37,806 bases of DNA from an uncultured Gemmatimonadaceae bacterium (lineage in GTDB: Bacteria > Gemmatimonadota > Gemmatimonadetes > Gemmatimonadales > GWC2-71-9). Below, in pieces: positions 1 to 8,881 of the stretch (positions within the stretch are counted from its first letter, which is position 1; every line of letters begins with the position of its first letter). The stretch lies in the NCBI GenBank assembly GCA_964459705.1, contig CAYWNR010000001.1:16481-54286 (forward strand), read 5' to 3'. Both the position numbers and the translations under genes were made by a program. The notes under the pieces are model-generated. The model saw only the letters and a list, made by a program, of their open reading frames with translations. It was not told the origin of the DNA and made no database searches.

Positions 1-2389
1 CGAAGCCGTTCACCAGCGAGACGAAGAGATCGCCGGAGAGCGTGACCGCGCCGGTCACCGCCACGTGATCGTATTCCGTCCCCGGCGTCGTGCCGCCCAG
101 CTCCACCTCCACGTCCGACATGGACTGCACGTCACCGACCACCGCCAGCGTGGCGATGCCGAATGGAGCCCCCGGCGCCCCTCCCGGCGCGACCAGGCCC
201 GGAGCGCTGAACGCGCTGGTGCTCACGTCCACGGTGCCGGCCCCGCGCAGTCGTCCGGTGTTGACGAACGTGCCGCCGTCCACGGTGAGCGTCCGGCCCG
301 CCGAGACCGTCAGGTCCACCCTGTTGGTGAAGCTGGGGTTCGTGCCGGACTGGACGAACGTGAGGTCGCCGCCGGCAATCTCCAACGCGTCCTCGTTCTG
401 ATGCGCGGCGGACGGCCGATCCACCACCAGCGCGTGATCGATGCGGGCGAGGTAGCGGTTGTCCAGCTCCGCCCGGAGCACGCGGGCGCCACCCATGGTG
501 CCGGGTTCGGAATGCAATTCGCCTTCGCCGTCGATCAGCAGCGTGCCGTTCACCGCGAGGATGGCCGCCCGCGCCGCCGCCGGATCGCGGTTGGTGAGGA
601 GCAGCTGCCCTTCGTTCGTGAATCCCGCGGCCACGGTCAGCACGGCCGAATCGGCGCCTTCGGACGCGATCTCGATGACCGTGCTGCTGTTCGTCGCGAC
701 CGCTCCGGTGATGGCGGCGCGTCCGCGGACCCACAGGTTTCGCAGCACGTTCATGGGCGCGGCGATCGTGGCCGCGCTCCCACCGGCTTCGCGCAGCACG
801 ACGGTGCCGTTGTCCGACACGCCCCACGCACTCGCAACGGAGCCACCGGTGAGGTCGAGCACGCCGCCATCCATGACGAGCACACCGCTATCGGCCGCCA
901 GCACGACGTTGGAGAACGCCAGGGTCGTCTGCTGCCCGCTGACCCCGCCATCCCCCAGGACGAGCTTCCCAACGGTCACGGCGGCAGTTGCCGCACTGAC
1001 GGTGTACGTCCCTGACAACGTGATCAGCGCCGTGTCATTTGGCCCTGGCACGCTTCCGGTACTCCAATTCGTCCCGTCACTCCAGCTCCCGCCGGCCGCA
1101 TTGATCCACGAGACATTTCCGCCGGTCCCCGCTGCAACGACGCGCGCTACGACGCTCGTCGCGTTGTAGTCGATCTGCCAGACACCGGTTGTCAGCGTGG
1201 GCAGATACAGCGTCGGGAACGCGCCGCTTACGCTTCCCGCCGTTAGAACGGTGAACGCGTCACCGACCGCCGGCACGAATCCGTTCATCAACTCCAGTTG
1301 CAGGTACCCGTTCAGCGTCGCGGAGCCACTCACGAGGATCTGGTCGTACTCGCCGTCAGGGGTCGTACCACTGATGTCGATCAGGGTGGCGGCCGACGGT
1401 CCCAGCGGGAGGTTGCCAACGACCCTGAAGGTCCCCGGCAGGCCGAAGGTGTTCGGGGACAGGTCGCCGTCGGCCCGAACGAAGCTGGTCCCCGAGACAT
1501 CGAGCGTTCCCGTGCCACGCAGCCCGCCCGTCGACGTGAAGGTCCCGCCGGTCACCACCAGGGTACGCCCAGCATCGATGGTGAACCCGGCCCCGCTGAG
1601 CGTCGGGTTGGTCCCGGTCTGCACGAACGTCAGGTCACCGCCGGTGAGCATGCCGCTGCCGACGTGCACCGCGGAGGGCCGATCCACCACGAGCGACTGG
1701 TCGACGTGGACGCGCGCGGAGTTGTCCATCAGGACCTGGGCACGCAGGGTCCGACTGCCACCCATGGTCCCGGGCTCGACGAAGAAGTCGCCCGTTTCGC
1801 CGTCGATCTGTAGGGTACCGCCTGATACCTCGAGCGTCGCTGCGCGCGGCGCGGCCGGATCGAGGTTGGACAGGTAGAGATCGCCAGTGACCACGAGGCC
1901 GGTGGCCAGTGTCAGCACCGCCGAGTCCGCCGCTTCCGACGCGATTTCAATCAGGGACCGATTGTCGGTGAGCGTTCCCGTGATCGCGCCGAGGCCCCGA
2001 ACCAGGAGGTTTCCACTGTTGGCGAACGACGTTGCGATCGTCGCGGGACTGGCGTTGAAATCCCGCAGGACGACCGTGCCGTCGTTGAGCACGCCGGCCG
2101 CACCCGCCACGGACCCACCCGTCAGGTCGAGCACTCCACCCACCGTGACCCGTATTCCACCCTCGGCCGTGAGCGTCACCGCCGACAGCGCCAGCGTCAT
2201 CTGCCCCCCGCTCGCGCCGTCGTCACCCACCACCAGGCGACCCACGTTCACCACGGCGTCCGCGTCGGTCACGGTGTACGTCCCCGAGAGCGTGATCAAC
2301 GCGGTATCGCTTGGGCCAGGAACGGTTCCGGTGCTCCAGTTGCTGCCGTCGTTCCAGTTCCCGCCAGCCGCGTTGACCCACGAGACATT
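1..2389 (-). repeat. Two tandem 1272-bp (424-aa) coding modules inside the lipoprotein gene; the second reaches the window edge
   Basis: Module starts NVSWVNAAGGNWNDGSNWSTGTVPGPSDTALITLSGTYTV (Asn codon 2389-2387) and NVSWINAAGGSWSDGTNWSTGSVPGPNDTALITLSGTYTV (1117-1115). The modules are collinear throughout. Examples are EPGTMGGSRTLRA / EPGTMGGARVLRA, GGDLTFVQTGTNP / GGDLTFVQSGTNP, and GEYDQILVSGSATLNGYLQLELMNGF / TEYDHVAVTGAVTLSGDLFVSLVNGF. By eye roughly half the residues are identical. Confidence 0.85.
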
Positions 2390-4501
2390 CGCACCGGTCA
2401 GGGGCGGAACGACGTCGAACGGGAGGCTGGTCGCCCCAGTGACCCCCAGGGTCGAGGCCGTGAGCGTGTAGCCCGTTCCCGGGGCGTCGAGGATCAAATC
2501 CCCGAATGTCGCCACGCCGTTCGCGACGTCCTGATCGGTCGTCCCAGCGAGCGTGGCCCCACTGGGATTTGTCCCGATGGCCACCGTGACCGGATTCGGA
2601 AGCGCCGGCACGACGTTCCCCGCCGCGTCGCGCACCGTCACCTCGACCGCCGGGCTCAGTGCCTGCCCCACCGTCGTCGCGCTTGGTTGCACGGTGAACT
2701 CGAGCCGATCCGCCGCCCCCGGAGTCACCGTCACGCTCGCCGTGCCGTCCACCCCTTCCACGGTGGCGGTGATGGTGGCGGTCCCGACCAGCGCCGCCTG
2801 CACCAGGCCGTTCCCATCCACACCAGCCACGGGCGAATCGCTCGAGGCCCACGTCACCGTGCGGCCGGTGAGCGGGTTGCCGCCGGCGTCCCGCGGCGTG
2901 GCCGTCAGCTGCACCGTGGCGCCGGACGCCAGTGTCGTGGCCGGCGGCGTGACGTCCACGCTCGCCACGGACACGGCCGTCACGGTCACACTCGCCGTGC
3001 CATCCACTCCTTCCACCGTCGCCGTCACCGTCACGGGGCCCGGCGCCACCGCCGTCAGGAGTCCCGTGGTATCGATCGTCGCGATCGCACCGTCGCTCGT
3101 GCTCCACGCGACGGTGCGGTTCGTGAGTGCGTTGCCACCGGCGTCCCGTGGCGTCGCGGTGAACTGCTGGGTACCGCCCGCCGTGAGGGTCACGGTTGCC
3201 GGCGTCACGTCCACACTCGCCACCGGCACCGCCGCCACCGTCACGCTCGCCGTGCCGTCAACACCCTCGACTGTCGCCGTCACCGTCACCGGGCCCGGGG
3301 CCACCGCCGTCAACAGACCCGTGCTGTCGATCGTCGCGATGGTCCCGTCGCTCGTCGCCCACGTCACCGCGCGGCCCGTGAGCGCGTTCCCACCGGCATC
3401 CCGCGGCGTCGCCGTGAACTGCTGTGTCCCGCCCGCCGTCACCGTCGCGGTCGGCGGCGTGACGTCCACGCTCGCCACGCTCGATACGGCCGTGGCGGAG
3501 AACGCCGCGATGAGGAGGCCGCCGATGTCGGCGCGTACCGTCTGTGGCTGGCCCGCGGCGCCCAGCGTCCATTGCACCGTCGCCTGGCCCTGGCCATCGG
3601 TCACCACCGAGGTATCCGAGAGCGTGCCGCCACCGGCCGTGACCTGCCAGGTGACGGTGACGGCGGGTACGCCGTTGTCGAAGCGGTCGGCGGCCCGCGC
3701 CACGAGCGGAACCGGGAGCGCCGCCCCGGGTTGTCCGGCCTGTCCATCCCCACTCAGTGCCACGAGCGTGGTGGCGGCCCCTGGCCGCGCGGTCGCGGAG
3801 AACGTGGCCACCGCCTGCGGCAGGCGGGTCGCGCGGGCCTCGATGGTGTTGGGACCCGCGACGGTCCCCAACGTGTACCGCACCGCTGCGACCCCGCTCG
3901 AGTCGGTCATCGCCGAGTCACTGGACAGCGACCCGCCACCCGTCACGACCGCAAAGGCCACGGAGATGCCTGGCACGCCGTTTCCGCGCCGGTCCGTCAC
4001 TTGCGCGCGGAGGCTGTCCAAGAGGACCTCGCCGACGATTCCGAGTTGGCTGTCGCCTGCCGCAACCGCGAGCGCGGTCGGCACGGGCTGCACCACGATG
4101 CTCGCCCCCACGCTCGCCGTGGTCACCCCGCCACCCGTCGCGGTGACGGCGATCTGCGCTACGCCCGGTGCGTTGGCCACCACGGCGCCCGTGGCCCCCA
4201 CGGATGCGATGCTATCGTCGGAACTCGTCCAGTTCAGCGTCACACCCGGCGGCAGCGTGTCGAACGGGCGGCCCTCCTGATCCAGCACTGTGGCGGAGAG
4301 TTGCGACGTCTGGCCCTCGTTGAGGACCATCTGGAGCGCGCTGAGCTGCACCGCCCGCGGCGCGCGCGTGGGTGTCTCCGGTGCCAGCACGTACTCCGCG
4401 CAGGCGGCGGCCACGGCGGTCATGAAGGCGACCAGCAGCAGCCGTCTCGCTGCCGAGCGCGGCGCGCCTGTGTCGGGGACCTGGCGGTGGGCGCGGCGCA
4501 C
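1..4501 (-). CDS. Large surface lipoprotein/adhesin-like protein; the 3' end runs off the left window edge. Lipoprotein-type signal, one Big_2 domain, two Big_1-like Ig domains, three tandem Big_2 domains, one further Ig-like domain, then two 424-aa beta-helix/passenger-like modules.
   Basis: Not in the supplied ORF track, because it has no stop inside the window. Reverse-complement translation from GTG 4501-4499 gives VRRAHRQVPDTGAPRSAARRLLLVAFMTAVAAAC-AEY, a possible lipobox with Cys at 4402-4400. Further on comes VASVDVTPPTATVTAGGTQQFTATPRDAGGNALTGRAVTWATSDGTIATIDSTGLLTAVAPGPVTVTATVEGVDGTASVTV, which fits the Big_2 pattern. Later comes NVSWVNAAGGNWNDGSNWSTGTVPGPSDTALITLSGTYTV. I checked this frame codon by codon and it stays open down to nt 1, ending ...GDLFVSLVNGF. 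The alternative start ATG 4423-4421 would remove the signal n-region. The plus-strand ORFs listed here are T/S/A/V/P-rich or R/H/G-rich artefacts. Confidence 0.85.
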   Translation of the reverse strand, partial: MRRAHRQVPDTGAPRSAARRLLLVAFMTAVAAACAEYVLAPETPTRAPRAVQLSALQMVLNEGQTSQLSATVLDQEGRPFDTLPPGVTLNWTSSDDSIASVGATGAVVANAPGVAQIAVTATGGGVTTASVGASIVVQPVPTALAVAAGDSQLGIVGEVLLDSLRAQVTDRRGNGVPGISVAFAVVTGGGSLSSDSAMTDSSGVAAVRYTLGTVAGPNTIEARATRLPQAVATFSATARPGAATTLVALSGDGQAGQPGAALPVPLVARAADRFDNGVPAVTVTWQVTAGGGTLSDTSVVTDGQGQATVQWTLGAAGQPQTVRADIGGLLIAAFSATAVSSVASVDVTPPTATVTAGGTQQFTATPRDAGGNALTGRAVTWATSDGTIATIDSTGLLTAVAPGPVTVTATVEGVDGTASVTVAAVPVASVDVTPATVTLTAGGTQQFTATPRDAGGNALTNRTVAWSTSDGAIATIDTTGLLTAVAPGPVTVTATVEGVDGTASVTVTAVSVASVDVTPPATTLASGATVQLTATPRDAGGNPLTGRTVTWASSDSPVAGVDGNGLVQAALVGTATITATVEGVDGTASVTVTPGAADRLEFTVQPSATTVGQALSPAVEVTVRDAAGNVVPALPNPVTVAIGTNPSGATLAGTTDQDVANGVATFGDLILDAPGTGYTLTASTLGVTGATSLPFDVVPPLTGANVSWVNAAGGNWNDGSNWSTGTVPGPSDTALITLSGTYTVTDADAVVNVGRLVVGDDGASGGQMTLALSAVTLTAEGGIRVTVGGVLDLTGGSVAGAAGVLNDGTVVLRDFNASPATIATSFANSGNLLVRGLGAITGTLTDNRSLIEIASEAADSAVLTLATGLVVTGDLYLSNLDPAAPRAATLEVSGGTLQIDGETGDFFVEPGTMGGSRTLRAQVLMDNSARVHVDQSLVVDRPSAVHVGSGMLTGGDLTFVQTGTNPTLSGAGFTIDAGRTLVVTGGTFTSTGGLRGTGTLDVSGTSFVRADGDLSPNTFGLPGTFRVVGNLPLGPSAATLIDISGTTPDGEYDQILVSGSATLNGYLQLELMNGFVPAVGDAFTVLTAGSVSGAFPTLYLPTLTTGVWQIDYNATSVVARVVAAGTGGNVSWINAAGGSWSDGTNWSTGSVPGPNDTALITLSGTYTVSAATAAVTVGKLVLGDGGVSGQQTTLAFSNVVLAADSGVLVMDGGVLDLTGGSVASAWGVSDNGTVVLREAGGSAATIAAPMNVLRNLWVRGRAAITGAVATNSSTVIEIASEGADSAVLTVAAGFTNEGQLLLTNRDPAAARAAILAVNGTLLIDGEGELHSEPGTMGGARVLRAELDNRYLARIDHALVVDRPSAAHQNEDALEIAGGDLTFVQSGTNPSFTNRVDLTVSAGRTLTVDGGTFVNTGRLRGAGTVDVSTSAFSAPGLVAPGGAPGAPFGIATLAVVGDVQSMSDVEVELGGTTPGTEYDHVAVTGAVTLSGDLFVSLVNGF
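2714..3478 (-). repeat. Three tandem 255-bp (85-aa) coding repeats, each one Big_2 Ig-like domain
   Basis: Repeat starts GTGGCGAG(C/T)GTGGAC(G)TC/GACGCCG on the minus strand at 3478, 3223 and 2968, an exact 255-nt period. All three copies end in TATVEGVDGTASVTV. Copies 1 and 2 are nearly identical at protein level and copy 3 is more diverged. Confidence 0.9.
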
Positions 4502-4503
4502 GC

Positions 4504-6177
4504 TCAGAAGCTCCGCGCCAGCGAGAGCGTCAGGAACGACTCCTGGAACGCCGGCCGATTGCCGATGGCGGCATAGCGGCTATGCCGAGCCTGCAGTGAC
4601 ACGCGGCCTTCCCACGGCAGCGCGTAGCTCAGCTGGCCCGTGGCCGCGGTGACCGCGCGTCCGTTGTTGTACGTCTGCGAGAAGCTGACCGACGGCCGCA
4701 GGTTGCCGAAGCGTCCCTGACCGCGGAACCCGGCGTGCACGTTGCTCTGGCGCTCGCCGCCCTCGGTGTTCGTCACCGCATAGGACACGGATGGCGTAAC
4801 GCTGATCGTTTTCGACAGCGCCAGCTGAATAGACGTTGAGACGTTGTGGACGGTGATCTGCGGGATGCGCGTGATGACGTTGGCGTCGGCGGTCCGCTGG
4901 AATGCGTAGGCCATGCTCACCGTCGTCCGCATGCCGCCCAGCGAGGCCTGCAACGCCGTATTCGCCGTGAGGGCGAGCGACCGACTATCCACGACGAACG
5001 TGTCCACCGCGGCGTCGTTGGCAATGACGCTGTTCATCCCCGTCAAGGTCGCCGTGATGCGTCGGGACAGGAGTGCCGAGACGCTCGCCATCACGGCGTT
5101 CCGATTGGTCGTCGTGGCCTTCTGGCCGAGGAGGTTGTCGTTCTGGTGCTGGTACTGGCCCTGGACGCTCACGCGGTTCCGGAGCAGCCGCACGTTGCCG
5201 CCGGCGTTGTACGCCCGCCGATCGTTGATCACATAGGCGAGCCCGAGCGACGTAAAGCCGGCGCCGACGTACTCGTATCCGCCCTTGAGCCCGGCCGGGC
5301 CGAGGCTGACGGTTCCGTCGAGCTTGAAGGCGTAGTCACCCGACGACGAGAGCGTGAGCGGGATGAGACCGCCGACGAGATCGCCACCCGTCACGCTCGC
5401 GGGATCGACAGCCGGGCTCTGCACGTCCCGCGTGATCACCGCCACGGCCCCCTCGCCAGCAAGCACGAACCGGCGTCCGAACAGGCTCACCTGGCCGCGT
5501 GAGCCCAGCACGAGGTTCTCCTGCGGGCGGGTGTCGTAGCGCGGCCGCAGGGCGACGGGGATCGTATCGAGCAGCAGCGTGTCTCGCAGCGCGGAATCGA
5601 GCGACGACGGGTCGTCTTTCGCGGTGAGGACGAGCAAGTCGAGGAACGAGGACTGCTCTCGACCAACGCCAATCGACCCCGCGTACAGGTTGCGCCGGAA
5701 CGTCTGGTTGCCGGCCCCGCCCGCGACGACGCGCTGGGAGCGCCCGCCCTGGAGCGAGAGGCGGAAGATGCCGGGCCGGAGATCCACTCCACCACCGCGC
5801 AGGCGTGTGCCCTGCACCGTGTAGGCCGAGTAGTTCTGGCTGAAGTCGCCGGCGTGGAACGTTGCCCACTTCCAGCGCGGGCTGATGCCGAACTGGCTGA
5901 TGTTCTGGCGGAACTGGCTGCCCTCCGACGACACCAGGATGTTGAGGCCGACGCTGAAGGTCCCGAACAGGGTGAGCTGGGGAGACAACGACATCCGCCC
6001 CAATTCTCCGGGGCGCCGGGCGTCGATGCCGGACGCCCGGTAGCCCTCGCCGGTCATCACGATCTGGCCCGACATCCGCACCGGGATGGGAAGCGCGAGC
6101 CCGCGCGGCGGCTCCTGGGAAGCGAGCGTGGCGAACGGAACGGCGAGGAGCCAGAGACAGCGCGCGGCGCCGGTCAT
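4504..6177 (-). CDS. Outer-membrane beta-barrel protein (557 aa), family not recognised
   Basis: The internal ATG at 6177-6175 yields a signal peptide, MTGAARCLWLLAVPFATLA-SQEP. The 63 upstream residues of the listed ORF are R/P-rich junk that overlaps the TPR gene. The protein has alternating hydrophobic/polar strands rich in G, S, N, Y and R, and a C-terminal ...LTLSLARSF with terminal Phe, the OMP signature. Its ATG overlaps the upstream gene's TGA as ATGA. Confidence 0.8.
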   Translation of the reverse strand: MTGAARCLWLLAVPFATLASQEPPRGLALPIPVRMSGQIVMTGEGYRASGIDARRPGELGRMSLSPQLTLFGTFSVGLNILVSSEGSQFRQNISQFGISPRWKWATFHAGDFSQNYSAYTVQGTRLRGGGVDLRPGIFRLSLQGGRSQRVVAGGAGNQTFRRNLYAGSIGVGREQSSFLDLLVLTAKDDPSSLDSALRDTLLLDTIPVALRPRYDTRPQENLVLGSRGQVSLFGRRFVLAGEGAVAVITRDVQSPAVDPASVTGGDLVGGLIPLTLSSSGDYAFKLDGTVSLGPAGLKGGYEYVGAGFTSLGLAYVINDRRAYNAGGNVRLLRNRVSVQGQYQHQNDNLLGQKATTTNRNAVMASVSALLSRRITATLTGMNSVIANDAAVDTFVVDSRSLALTANTALQASLGGMRTTVSMAYAFQRTADANVITRIPQITVHNVSTSIQLALSKTISVTPSVSYAVTNTEGGERQSNVHAGFRGQGRFGNLRPSVSFSQTYNNGRAVTAATGQLSYALPWEGRVSLQARHSRYAAIGNRPAFQESFLTLSLARSF

Positions 6178-6884
6178 AGCCGATCTCCGCGGGTAGCGGC
6201 GGCGATGCGCGCCGCCTCGTCGTACCGGCCGAGCCGGTGCAGGATCTCGATCTCCTGCTCGCGCACGACTCGACTCTCGGGGTGGAGGATGCGGATGCGG
6301 GCGACGCTCTCGCGGAGCCGCGCGAGGCTGCCCGCACGTTCGTGGGCATGGACCAGCGCGCGCCATCCGCCGTCATCCTCGGGGGCCAACTCCCAATACG
6401 CCTGGCGCGCCCGCAATGCCTCGGCGGTCTGGCCGAGGGCGTCGTAGGCCTCGGCGCGCCAGCGCAGGAGCTGGGTGTCCCGCGGCATGGAGACACGCAA
6501 CCGGTCGGCGAGCCGCAGGACCGCGGCGGGGTCGTCCGCAGCGATGGCGGCTCGGATTTCGGCCCGCCGCACGAGCTCCGCCCCGGGCAGCTCGGCCGCG
6601 AGACGCTGGATCGCGGCACGACCGCCGGGCCCGGCGGTGATCAACCGATCCAGATCGCGCGCGATCTCCGCACGCGCTCGGTCCCGTCGCTCGAGGATGG
6701 CATCGTCCGGGCGGCGGAGCCCGCTGGCGCCGCTGGCCGGCATCAGCTCGCGCTCCGCGCGCTGGAGGTCCGCCACGTGTTGACGCACCGCGCGCGCGGC
6801 GGCCGCGACATCCGTCTGCCCCTGCGCACGCGCCGCCGCGGCGCCGCCGCACAGCATGACGAGGCACACGGCGCGGTGGATCAT
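6174..6884 (-). CDS. Secreted (periplasmic) TPR-like helical repeat protein (236 aa)
   Basis: Signal peptide MIHRAVCLVMLCGGAAAARA-QGQ. The rest is Ala/Leu/Arg-rich helical hairpins, for example AEAYDALGQTAEALRARQAYWELAPEDDGGWRALVHAHERAGSLARL and EILHRLGRYDEAARIAA. There are ATGA overlaps at both ends (6881-6884 and 6174-6177). Confidence 0.75.
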   Translation of the reverse strand: MIHRAVCLVMLCGGAAAARAQGQTDVAAAARAVRQHVADLQRAERELMPASGASGLRRPDDAILERRDRARAEIARDLDRLITAGPGGRAAIQRLAAELPGAELVRRAEIRAAIAADDPAAVLRLADRLRVSMPRDTQLLRWRAEAYDALGQTAEALRARQAYWELAPEDDGGWRALVHAHERAGSLARLRESVARIRILHPESRVVREQEIEILHRLGRYDEAARIAAATRGDRL

Positions 6885-8881
6885 GGCGCTTCCACCAGGA
6901 CCGCCACAGGACTCTCGGCGGACTCGTTGCCTGACGTGTCAACGGCGCGTACGACGTAGCGGGCCCCCCGCGGCCCTGCGCGATCCACGTACCGCGGGGT
7001 CGCGGCCGACACTTCCGCCAGGCGCGTGCGGGGGCCGTCACTCCGCTCGGCTCGGTAGATCACGTAGCCCCGCAGGTCGGCGCTCACCACGCGCTCCCAG
7101 CGGAGCAGGGCTCCGGAATCGTCGCGAATCGCGGTCAGACGGCGCGGCGACGGGGGACGGGTGAGGTCGCGGAAGGTAAGCGTATCGGCCCGCGGCGCCG
7201 AGCGGTTTCCAGCCGAGTCCACGGCGATCACGCGCCAGGTCGCGGTCGGGCCGCGTGGTGCGGTGGTGTCGCGCGCTTCGAGTCGGTCCGATCCGACCAC
7301 GCTCGCGACCACGACCGGCGTGCCGTTCGTTGCGACGCGCTCCACCACATAGCGCGCCACGTCGAGCGACGGACTTCCGGTCCACACGATCTCCACGTCC
7401 CGGCCGAGATGGTTGCGGAGCGCAATGGTCCGCGCGGCCTCGGGAGGTTCGTCGTCCACGATGCGCAGCCGTGCGTCGGCGGGCGCGGACACGTTGCCCG
7501 AGCTGTCTTCCGCGACGACGCGCCAGGCATAGCTCCGCCCCGGCTCCAGTGGGGTCGCACTGTAGCCCGAATCCACGAAGACCGCGGCGCGGAGGGGTTG
7601 GCTGGTGAGCGTGGCGAACAGCGTGTCGTCACGCTCGGCGCGCTGCACCTGGTAGCCCCGCAGGTCGGGATCTGGTACCGCCGTCCAGGTGAGCCGAACG
7701 CGATGACCGGGGAGCGGGGTCGCGGTGAGCCCCGTCGGCATGGCAGGCGGCCGCTGATCCAGCGCGCGCGTGGTCGTGGGATTCGAGGGCGGGCCGGCAC
7801 GGCCCGCGCCATCCAGCGCGCGCACTCGATAGGTGTAGATCTCCCGGCCACTCACGAGCGTGTCCACCCACTCGGGCGCATCGGCCGGCACCATCGCCCG
7901 TGTGACCCGCGTGAAGACGGAATCACCACCCGCCGCACGCTCGACGTGGAACCCCCGCACCTCGGGCTCGGGTGACACCGTCCACACCACGCGGATGCGG
8001 CCGTCGCTCACCTGCGTTGCCACCTGTTCGGGCGGCAAGGGTCCACGCACGTTCGGGGCGCGCACCGCCGTCACCGGCCCCGGTTCCGACAGCCGGCCCA
8101 ACAAGTCGGCGGCCCGCAGCCGATAGCGATAGAGGTGGTGCGGCTCGACCGCTTCGTCACGGAATCCGCTGGCTCGGTCGGCGAGTCGCATCACCGGGAG
8201 TGCGGAGATCCGTGCGAAGCCCCCCGTGCTGTCGGCGCGCTCGACGACATACGCGACGACGATGTCATTCGGCGCGCCGGTGAAAGCCGGCGGGGTCCAC
8301 TCCAGCGCGATCGCTTCGTCCCGCACCCGGCCATTGGGGGCTGGAGCCGGTGGCACGGGCATGTCGACAACACGCACGGTGGCCTGCGCTGTACGCAGCG
8401 CCGAGTCCGGGCGCGAGAGCCGGACGAGTTGGGCCGTGTATGCGTGCGTCTCGCCTGCGGTGACCGTCGAGTCCACGTAGAGCGCGCCCAAGGCGAGTGC
8501 GGCGCGTGGCGAGAGAATCTGCGCAACGCCTGCGGCGGTGCCTCCGGCTCGCAGGCGCCGGTACACCTCCACGACGGATTCTCTCGCAGTGATGCGTTGT
8601 AGCAGCGCCAGGTCGTTGGCGACCATCGCTCCGAAGGCGGCCGGGTCGAGCACGCCGGTCATCGGCTCCGCGGTGAGTCGCACGCCGTCGCGCGAGATGA
8701 TCCATCCCTCTCCATCGGCTGGCACCCGGGTCGGGTATACGAACACGCGTCCTTCGCTGACGACCACGGCGAGGCGGCCCTGCACGGGCGCGTCACTCTG
8801 CCCCAGTGCGACACCTGTCCAGACCATGAGCGCGATGCCGATCGCGCCCGCGCGGGGAAGTGGCGATGACGTGCGCATCAC
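6881..8881 (-). CDS. Secreted protein with an unknown ~180-aa N-terminal domain followed by five fibronectin type III-like modules (666 aa)
   Basis: Signal peptide ...AIGIALMVWTGVALG-QSD. The FN3 signature recurs five times: (L/V)xW...D(L/V)xGYxVxR...Y.Y.V.A.D..GN.S. Examples are RVRLTWTAVPDPDLRGYQVQRAE...YAWRVVAEDSSGNVSAP and LLRWERVVSADLRGYVIYRAE...YVVRAVDTSGNESAES. The start is GTG 8881-8879 (GTGA overlap with the giant gene's stop) or ATG 8878-8876. Confidence 0.85.
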   Translation of the reverse strand: MMRTSSPLPRAGAIGIALMVWTGVALGQSDAPVQGRLAVVVSEGRVFVYPTRVPADGEGWIISRDGVRLTAEPMTGVLDPAAFGAMVANDLALLQRITARESVVEVYRRLRAGGTAAGVAQILSPRAALALGALYVDSTVTAGETHAYTAQLVRLSRPDSALRTAQATVRVVDMPVPPAPAPNGRVRDEAIALEWTPPAFTGAPNDIVVAYVVERADSTGGFARISALPVMRLADRASGFRDEAVEPHHLYRYRLRAADLLGRLSEPGPVTAVRAPNVRGPLPPEQVATQVSDGRIRVVWTVSPEPEVRGFHVERAAGGDSVFTRVTRAMVPADAPEWVDTLVSGREIYTYRVRALDGAGRAGPPSNPTTTRALDQRPPAMPTGLTATPLPGHRVRLTWTAVPDPDLRGYQVQRAERDDTLFATLTSQPLRAAVFVDSGYSATPLEPGRSYAWRVVAEDSSGNVSAPADARLRIVDDEPPEAARTIALRNHLGRDVEIVWTGSPSLDVARYVVERVATNGTPVVVASVVGSDRLEARDTTAPRGPTATWRVIAVDSAGNRSAPRADTLTFRDLTRPPSPRRLTAIRDDSGALLRWERVVSADLRGYVIYRAERSDGPRTRLAEVSAATPRYVDRAGPRGARYVVRAVDTSGNESAESPVAVLVEAP

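Noticed and set aside
2553-4576. Long plus-strand ORFs 2553-4280 (575 aa) and 2687-4576 (629 aa), and likewise 65-1015, 459-1169, 1197-1877 and 1887-2471
   Set aside because: Their translations are T/S/A/V/P-rich or R/H/G-rich low-complexity sequence. The opposite strand gives textbook Big_2/Big_1 domains in a frame open from 4501 to nt 1. These are antisense artefacts of a GC-rich gene.
6178-6366. N-terminal 63-aa extension of the barrel ORF as listed (start 6366)
   Set aside because: The extension is R/P-rich (PRERRPHPHPPPRESSRARAGDRD) and overlaps the TPR gene. The internal ATG at 6177 gives a canonical signal peptide and an ATGA junction.
5336-6619. 427-aa minus-strand ORF that overlaps the barrel and TPR genes out of frame; also 6373-7041 and 7228-7851
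   Set aside because: The composition is Arg/Pro/Ser/Gly-rich. They conflict with neighbouring frames that have signal peptides, repeat motifs and clean ATGA junctions.
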